A stretch of DNA of 20,000 nucleotides from an uncultured virus (IMG/VR IMGVR_UViG_3300009455_000007) (lineage: Duplodnaviria > Heunggongvirae > Uroviricota > Caudoviricetes): IMG/VR virus record IMGVR_UViG_3300009455_000007; one strand, written 5' to 3'. Below the pieces are notes generated by a model. It ran no database searches, was not told the DNA's origin, and saw only the letters and a program-made list of their open reading frames with translations. Positions 14,623 to 20,000 of the stretch are shown here, one piece after another; the first letter of the stretch is position 1, and every line of letters begins with the position of its first letter. A program made the position numbers and the translations under genes.

Positions 14623-15549
14623 ATGTCCAAGAACATCACCAAGACGACCGAAGCGGCCACCACCAACCCCATCATCGCCGCCGCTCCGGCTCCCATCCAC
14701 ACCAAGAAGTACGCCAACATCACCGACCTGCTCGAAGAGCTGGATCGGCGCAGTCAGTTGGCAGGGCTGAAGAGCCTTGCCGGCGCGGTGCAGTTCACGA
14801 TGATCAACACCGCGGACTGGATCGTGCGGCAGCAGATGAAGGGTATCGCCAGCGAGTCCCCGACGCTGGACGAGCGCAACATCGCGGACGAATGGACGCG
14901 TGGCCAGGATGCGGTGGATCTGATGTCCGCCGAGTTCGGCAACGAACCGCAGCAGAAGCCCGAGGACAAGCTCAAGCAGTACAGCCACATCTACTACGGC
15001 CTCGTGGACAAGATCCGCACCCTCAACCCCGCTCCGTATGAGCGGCCTCGTTCGCTGATCGACACCCTCGCGGAGTTCACCCCGCGCGGCGTCGGCCTCA
15101 GCGAAGAAGCGATGAAGCTGCTCGAAGCGGCTGAGTCGGAACCGGGCGAGTTCCTCAAGGCTCGCGAGGAGAACAAGGCGCGGAAGGAAGCAGACATGAA
15201 GGAGCGCAAGCCCCAGATCGTCCAGATCCTGAACCTCAACGCGGACTGCATGCCCCTGATCGACACGATCGAGGAACTGCCGAAGCACGTCCAGTTGCGC
15301 CTCGCCACCGCCGCGTGGAAGGGCGTGTACTTCAGCCGGAAGCAGTTGGTGACCTACATCGCCACCTACAACAAGCTGGACGACGTGGCCGCCGTGGTGG
15401 CCATGGCCGAAGACCTGAAGAAGATCGAGGAGTACTGCAACAACTTCGAGCTGGAGCACAGCCAGTTGTTCGACATGCTGGAAGAAGCTGGACTGAAGGT
15501 CTACGGCATCGCCGACGCGAAGGTCGACGTCAAGAAGCCGCGTAGCTAA
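14623..15549 (+). CDS. hypothetical alpha-helical protein (308 aa)
   Basis: Long ORF with strong GC3 bias and an AGGAG RBS, followed by a palindrome/terminator. No family recognised. Confidence 0.8.
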   Translation: MSKNITKTTEAATTNPIIAAAPAPIHTKKYANITDLLEELDRRSQLAGLKSLAGAVQFTMINTADWIVRQQMKGIASESPTLDERNIADEWTRGQDAVDLMSAEFGNEPQQKPEDKLKQYSHIYYGLVDKIRTLNPAPYERPRSLIDTLAEFTPRGVGLSEEAMKLLEAAESEPGEFLKAREENKARKEADMKERKPQIVQILNLNADCMPLIDTIEELPKHVQLRLATAAWKGVYFSRKQLVTYIATYNKLDDVAAVVAMAEDLKKIEEYCNNFELEHSQLFDMLEEAGLKVYGIADAKVDVKKPRS

Positions 15550-15564
15550 GCAGTAGCTACATCG

Positions 15565-15594
15565 CTAGCCCCTCCTAGGAGGGGCTAGTGTTTT
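15565..15594 (+). terminator. perfect 24-bp palindrome followed by TGTTTT, probable terminator
   Basis: CTAGCCCCTCCT|AGGAGGGGCTAG at 15565-15588, then TGTTTT. Confidence 0.65.
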
Positions 15595-15615
15595 CAAGAC
15601 CTGGAACTCACAGGC

Positions 15616-15819
15616 ATGGAATGGAAACACCCTGAAGCGGTCATGCGTTTGCGCATCCAGAACAAGCCTGTGATCTGCTGGAACTGCGGCGAGTTCATAC
15701 CCAGCGAGATTGCTGAGCGCCATTGGTGCAAAAAAAGGAACTCCTGCCCAGCCACCGACAAAGAAAAATCCTGGCAATACATCTGTGAAGAATTCAATGA
15801 CCGCCTGGAAGCACCCTGA
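15616..15819 (+). CDS. small Cys-rich protein, paralog A
   Basis: WKHPEAVMRLRI...CWNC...WC...CP..DK...CEEF. Confidence 0.65.
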   Translation: MEWKHPEAVMRLRIQNKPVICWNCGEFIPSEIAERHWCKKRNSCPATDKEKSWQYICEEFNDRLEAP

Positions 15820-15991
15820 AGCCATCATGCGCCAACGGATCCTGGGCCGGGGGGTCAACTGCCACTGGTGCATGTACCACAGAGATGGCGCGCTTCCGGA
15901 GGATTGGTGCTCTGAGCGAACCCACGACCCATGTCCCGATAAAGACATGAATGAAACGACCTGCGAGGAGTTTTACCCCTGGCAAAACTAG
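15797..15991 (+). CDS. small Cys-rich protein, paralog B
   Basis: From ATG at 15797: MTAWKHPEAIMRQRI...CHWC...WC...CPDK...CEEF. Confidence 0.65.
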   Translation: MTAWKHPEAIMRQRILGRGVNCHWCMYHRDGALPEDWCSERTHDPCPDKDMNETTCEEFYPWQN

Positions 15992-16410
15992 CCACCTAAC
16001 GAAATTACGCTTTTTTGCCCGAATCCTTACCTTTACTACAAATACTTTTTTCTTCTTACTCTCTTTTTTTCTTTTTCCACAACAAACTTCTTCGTTTTTA
16101 AAGTGTAAGGAATGTAAGACTCTTATTCTATATAGCTTTCCGCCTTGCACCCCCCTCTCAAACCTCCCCTGTTTCTCGAAGTCCTCTCATTCCGTGTTTC
16201 CGCCGATTCCGAAAATTCATTCAGCTGAAAGTCAGCTTTGTGATTTATTCGTTATTAACCTTTTTCTAACAACAGCTCATTTCCTAACGAAATCAGCCAC
16301 TCCTAACACTTTGAAAACCCGGTTCTGACGAAATTACGCGCCCTTGCCGACCCCCCTGTCTGCGAAGCACACTGGCCCTCCGCTGCACCACCAACCAGGA
16401 CCCCCGCACC
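15992..16410. other. AT-rich non-coding region, probable replication origin
   Basis: Long T/pyrimidine tracts and repeated CT(A/G)ACGAAAT motifs immediately upstream of the primase-helicase gene. Confidence 0.5.
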
Positions 16411-18744
16411 ATGGATCTGTTCTTCCTTGAGGCTGACCAGCCAATCACCAAGCGCTACAGCCTCAACACCGACGGATCCCTGACCAAGCACCCCTACCCC
16501 TTCGTCTACCAGGTCACCTCCCACCAGGAGGCCTGTCCTGACCTGCAGACCTTCGAGCAGCTGATCCTCAAACACGCCAAGCTGGGCCACACCCTGGTCA
16601 AGGGCGCCCTCACCAGGCCCCTGATCAACGAGTCCCGCGCTGGGACTATCGACCCTGAGGCACCTACCTCCTGGATCTGCCTGGACCTGGACGGCATCGA
16701 CCAGTTCCAGTCAGTCGACCTGTTCCTGGAGGCCATCGGCTGCCACGACGTGGATTACGTGCTCCAGTGGTCATCGAGCATGGGCGTGGAGAACAAGAGC
16801 GGGTTCAGGTGCCATATCTTCATGCTCCTGCGCCGCCCAGCACACCCCCAGATGCTCAAGCACTGGCTCCAGAACCTGAACCTGACTGTCCCCGCCCTCA
16901 AGACCCAGCTCACTCTCACCAAGACCTACAACAGCCTGCGCTGGCCCCTGGACATCACCACCTGCCAGAACGACAAGCTGCTGTACATCGCCCCGCCCAA
17001 GTTCGGCAAGGGGCTGAAGGACCCATACCCGGGCAACAACCGCATCAGCCTGCACATCAAATCGGCACGTAGCCTCGTGCTGCCCCCAATCACCCCGACC
17101 AAGGAGGCCATCCGCGAAGTAACCACAAGAACCGTCAACGATCTGCGTGTGGCGGGTGGGCTCCCCAAGCGCAAAACCACCCGCCACAAGTTCGAAGGCG
17201 CGATCGAGTACATGGCCAACCCCGACTCGGCCGTGATCACCGAAACCAAGACCGAGCGCGGCTTCGTGTACTTCAACCTCAACGGCGGCGACTCGTGGGC
17301 GTACTACCACCCCGAAGACAACGCCAACTTCATCTTCAACTTCAAAGGCGAACCCAACTACCGCACTCAAGACCTGCTGCCCGAGTACTGGGCCAAGGTC
17401 AGTGCCCGCACCACCAACTACCAGGCCGACGCCTCTGGCGACATCTACCTGGCGTTCCGCGACTTCAACTCAGGCCAATACTGGAACGGCATCTACAACG
17501 CCTTCGAAGACGACCTGCGCCTGGCGCCGGCCAAGAGCGAAAGCCAGCTCCGCCACTTCATGAAGCAGCATGACCAGTTCCTGGGCGACTTCATTCCCGA
17601 CTGGGACATGTGCTTCGACCCGCAAGACATGACCGTGGTCGACCCGGTCAACCGCAAACTCAACACCTTCAGGCCGAGCGAGTACTTCAAGCTCACCAAC
17701 CCAGCTCCCGTCGCCGCCCTGCCACCCACCATCTACAAAGTGATGGACCACGCCCTGGGCAACGATGCACCCACGCTCGACCACTTCCTGAACTGGCTGG
17801 CGGTCATCGTCCAAACCCTGGACCGCACCAACACCGCTTGGGTACTGCATGGCACGCAAGGCACGGGCAAAGGCCTGATGTTCCACAACATCCTCGCGCC
17901 GCTGTTCGGACAGTGGAACACCACCGCCAAACGCATGGAAGAACTCGAGAGCGACTTCACCGGCTACCTCAAGGACTGCTTTTTGATGTTCGCCGACGAA
18001 GTCGAAGCAGGCAAAAGCCTGTACCACTCCAAGATCGCTGCACGGCTGAAGAACCTCCTGGTCGAGCCGATGATCAGCATCCGCGAGATGTACCGCCCGC
18101 CGTACATGCACCGCAACCGCATCAACATGATCTTCGCTAGCAACAAAAATGCACCGGTGGAAGTCGACCCCGACGACCGGCGCTTCAACGTGGCACCGCG
18201 GCAGGAAACACCACTGCAGATCACGCTCGAGGAGATCGACAAGATCAACGACGAGCTGCCAGCACTGTATGCCTACCTCAAGAACTACCCGATGGACCTG
18301 ACCCGCGCTCGCACGCCGCTCAACAACAGCGCGCGCAAGCTGCTCATCGACACCAACCAACTGGCTGTAGACGGCGCCATCCAAGCCGTCGTGACCGGCG
18401 ATATTGCCAGCCTGTGGGACTACCTGCCCGCCCAAGTCCCCCTGCTGGGCTCACTGGGCCTGCGGCAGAACGCCTACGACAATTTCCGGCGCGTGCTCCT
18501 GGACCACGTCCAGAACATGCCTGCCAATATGAGCCGCGACGAGCTGCATGCCATCCTGGAATGGTGCGTCGGCGGCATGCCTGCAAGCCCCAACAAATTC
18601 GCTTCCTTCCTCGGCCACCACCGCCTGCAGCTCAAGTCCGTGTGGCGCCACAACCGCACCGTGCGCGGCATCAACGTGGCATGGGTGGCCGACCCAGTCT
18701 GGCACGCCAATGCACTCGCTGAAATCGCAGCAGGTACCGTCTGA
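16411..18744 (+). CDS. primase-helicase (N-terminal AEP/prim-pol-like domain, C-terminal SF3/DUF5906-type helicase)
   Basis: AEP-like motifs ICLDLDG and SSS...RCHIF; Walker A GTQGTGKG, Walker B MFADE, motif C IFASN, and DDRRF. Confidence 0.85.
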   Translation: MDLFFLEADQPITKRYSLNTDGSLTKHPYPFVYQVTSHQEACPDLQTFEQLILKHAKLGHTLVKGALTRPLINESRAGTIDPEAPTSWICLDLDGIDQFQSVDLFLEAIGCHDVDYVLQWSSSMGVENKSGFRCHIFMLLRRPAHPQMLKHWLQNLNLTVPALKTQLTLTKTYNSLRWPLDITTCQNDKLLYIAPPKFGKGLKDPYPGNNRISLHIKSARSLVLPPITPTKEAIREVTTRTVNDLRVAGGLPKRKTTRHKFEGAIEYMANPDSAVITETKTERGFVYFNLNGGDSWAYYHPEDNANFIFNFKGEPNYRTQDLLPEYWAKVSARTTNYQADASGDIYLAFRDFNSGQYWNGIYNAFEDDLRLAPAKSESQLRHFMKQHDQFLGDFIPDWDMCFDPQDMTVVDPVNRKLNTFRPSEYFKLTNPAPVAALPPTIYKVMDHALGNDAPTLDHFLNWLAVIVQTLDRTNTAWVLHGTQGTGKGLMFHNILAPLFGQWNTTAKRMEELESDFTGYLKDCFLMFADEVEAGKSLYHSKIAARLKNLLVEPMISIREMYRPPYMHRNRINMIFASNKNAPVEVDPDDRRFNVAPRQETPLQITLEEIDKINDELPALYAYLKNYPMDLTRARTPLNNSARKLLIDTNQLAVDGAIQAVVTGDIASLWDYLPAQVPLLGSLGLRQNAYDNFRRVLLDHVQNMPANMSRDELHAILEWCVGGMPASPNKFASFLGHHRLQLKSVWRHNRTVRGINVAWVADPVWHANALAEIAAGTV

Positions 18745-19000
18745 CGTCCCCTACGGACAGCTGAGCCCAGAGCAACAAGCACAAGTACGCCTATGGCTTG
18801 CCGTAGGCCTGAAGGTACAGATGCGCAAACCCGACTGGTTTCCAGAAAGCAGCTGGATAAGGTGTAACCATCTGTTTCTCACCGACTTGAATTATCTACC
18901 CAAAGTTTTCTGCTTCAGGCTGGACCCTGAGTGGACAGACATAGATTACGAGTATCCATACGGCTCGTACCGCAATACGTATTACAGGCTCAAGCCATGA
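18710..19000 (+). CDS. array paralog 1, carrying an extra fused C-terminal half-unit
   Basis: ..VPSDVPYGQLSPEQQAQVRLWLAVGLKVQMR...W...FCFRLDP-EWTDIDYEYPYGSYRNTYYRLKP*. The start (ATG 18710) is uncertain. Confidence 0.6.
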   Translation: MHSLKSQQVPSDVPYGQLSPEQQAQVRLWLAVGLKVQMRKPDWFPESSWIRCNHLFLTDLNYLPKVFCFRLDPEWTDIDYEYPYGSYRNTYYRLKP

Positions 19001-19186
19001 AAGTCCGCGACAACGTCGGAGCGCACCATCGTATTGATGTGGATGGATATCGGACTGAAAATCCAGGGCCGAAATTCAAACGGACCGGTTCATTACTGGG
19101 TAACTTTAAGGTCCCAGCACCTGCACTATTTCAAGAACGTGATGAACGAAAAACCATTCAACTGGTGCTTCAGGCTCAAGCCATGA
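18997..19186 (+). pseudogene. array paralog 2, frameshifted after codon 7
   Basis: MKVRDNV, then in the +1 frame ERTIVLMWMDIGLKIQGRNSNGPVHYWVTLRSQHLHYFKNVMNEKPFNWCFRLKP*, which matches the family consensus. Confidence 0.7.
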
Positions 19187-19386
19187 CTGCCTTACGCTCC
19201 GACGTCATGTTCAAGGATATGACGAAAAAAGAAAAAGGCGTCCTTCGCTTGTGGCAAGCCCTCGGCCTAAAAATCGAGTGGCGCTGCAGCGAACCAAAGT
19301 GCGACTGCGATAAAGAGTGGGAAGATTTTTACTATCCGAACAATATTTTCGATTACAAGCACGCAAACTTCAGGCTCAAGCCATGA
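19183..19386 (+). CDS. array paralog 3
   Basis: MTALRSDVMFKDMTKKEKGVLRLWQALGLKIEWR...EW...NFRLKP*. Confidence 0.7.
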   Translation: MTALRSDVMFKDMTKKEKGVLRLWQALGLKIEWRCSEPKCDCDKEWEDFYYPNNIFDYKHANFRLKP

Positions 19387-19592
19387 ACGTGCCTGATGAC
19401 ATCGGCTATCGAGCCATGACGCGCAGCCAAAAAAAGATCGTCCACATGTGGTTCGGGCTTGGGCTCAAGATCGAGATACGCCCCATAGGTTCACACCCTG
19501 CTTACAACTGCTGGCGTTTAGCTTCAGACGGGCTGAAATCAATACACCTACGAGCCCATGAGCTCGATTGGCGAGTGAGGCTCAAGCAATGA
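19383..19592 (+). CDS. array paralog 4
   Basis: MNVPDDIGYRAMTRSQKKIVHMWFGLGLKIEIR...CW...RVRLKQ*. Confidence 0.7.
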   Translation: MNVPDDIGYRAMTRSQKKIVHMWFGLGLKIEIRPIGSHPAYNCWRLASDGLKSIHLRAHELDWRVRLKQ

Positions 19593-19855
19593 ACGTACCA
19601 AAAATTTCAGATAACACCTCCTTCGAAGAGCTACCCGAAGAGCAACAAAACCTTCTTCGTTGGTACGCGCGCTGCGGCTACACCATTCAATGGTTCAGCA
19701 ACGCGAGCGGATGGACGGACGACGACTGCGTTAACTTTAAGCTGTACTCAGAACTCAAATACAGGATCAAACCAGATGCGTTGGAAGAAGCCAAAAACAC
19801 ACGAAACAGCAGTCTTCCGGGAGTTCATCATCATCCCGATGACCTTGGCCGGTGA
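19589..19855 (+). CDS. array paralog 5 (more divergent)
   Basis: MNVPKISDNTSFEELPEEQQNLLRWYARCGYTIQW...GW...KYRIKP, followed by a tail. Confidence 0.6.
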   Translation: MNVPKISDNTSFEELPEEQQNLLRWYARCGYTIQWFSNASGWTDDDCVNFKLYSELKYRIKPDALEEAKNTRNSSLPGVHHHPDDLGR

Positions 19856-20000
19856 CGACGACCCACGCGAAGAAGAAACCCGCGCCTGCGAATTCGTGTA
19901 TTACGAGGCTGAGTACAACGGCAAGAAATGGATTCCGCGGCGCTGGTGGAGCCACGCACGCGCCATGCGCGATAAGATCAAGCAAGACGCCAAGCCACCC
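19776..20000 (+). CDS. hypothetical protein, runs off the window end
   Basis: Hand-translated: MRWKKPKTHETAVFREFIIIPMTLAGDDDPREEETRACEFVYYEAEYNGKKWIPRRWWSHARAMRDKIKQDAKPP..., open to the end of the window. Confidence 0.55.
   Translation, partial: MRWKKPKTHETAVFREFIIIPMTLAGDDDPREEETRACEFVYYEAEYNGKKWIPRRWWSHARAMRDKIKQDAKPP

Larger units (their letters stand above)
18985..19592 (+). repeat. dispersed direct repeat CAGGCTCAAGCCATGA at gene junctions
   Basis: Exact copies at 18985-19000, 19171-19186 and 19371-19386; a 14/16 copy at 19577-19592; degenerate copies near 18916 and 19762. Confidence 0.9.

Noticed and set aside
15951..16328. 125-aa Phe/Leu/Ser-rich ORF
   Set aside because: Its composition simply reflects the T-tracts of the origin-like region, and its codon usage is atypical.
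18931..19386. 151-aa ORF as a single real gene
   Set aside because: It is an out-of-frame reading of the frameshifted unit 2 fused to unit 3; the family-like sequence lies in another frame.
18985..19592. CRISPR array or DGR template/variable repeat interpretation of the 16-bp repeats
   Set aside because: The spacers are ~170-190 bp of coding sequence and the repeat is short and non-palindromic. There is no cas or reverse transcriptase gene in the window, and no long repeat pair differing only at adenines.
1..20000. Prophage or integration features, and genome-wide stop-codon recoding
   Set aside because: No integrase, repressor, att-like site or host genes were seen. All major genes are intact under the standard code, with only one suspicious internal TAG.

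Overview
This window is 20 kb of a GC-rich tailed dsDNA phage genome (podovirus-like head genes, Gram-negative host implied by the spanins). It has two divergent arms. The minus-strand late arm (1-11961) carries, in transcription order: TerS, two tiny ORFs, TerL, two small ORFs, a P22-like portal, a scaffold, an amber-interrupted ORF, an N4-gp56-like major capsid protein, a decoration protein, head-completion proteins and a lysis cassette. The cassette comprises an unusual TM + 'NGGSSLRD' + PAS-domain protein, a 3-TM holin candidate, a signal-peptide muramidase, and overlapping i- and o-spanins. The plus-strand early/replication arm (12253-20000) carries many small ORFs, two copies of a 24-bp strand-asymmetric hairpin element, tandem Cys-rich paralogs, an AT-rich origin-like region and a 777-aa primase-SF3 helicase. 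After the helicase comes a ~200-bp-period array of divergent paralogous mini-genes joined by a conserved CAGGCTCAAGCCATGA stop/start junction, with one frameshifted unit and one truncated unit. The most notable items are the mini-gene array and the PAS protein at the head of the lysis cassette. All family assignments come from motif recognition by eye, not from database searches.
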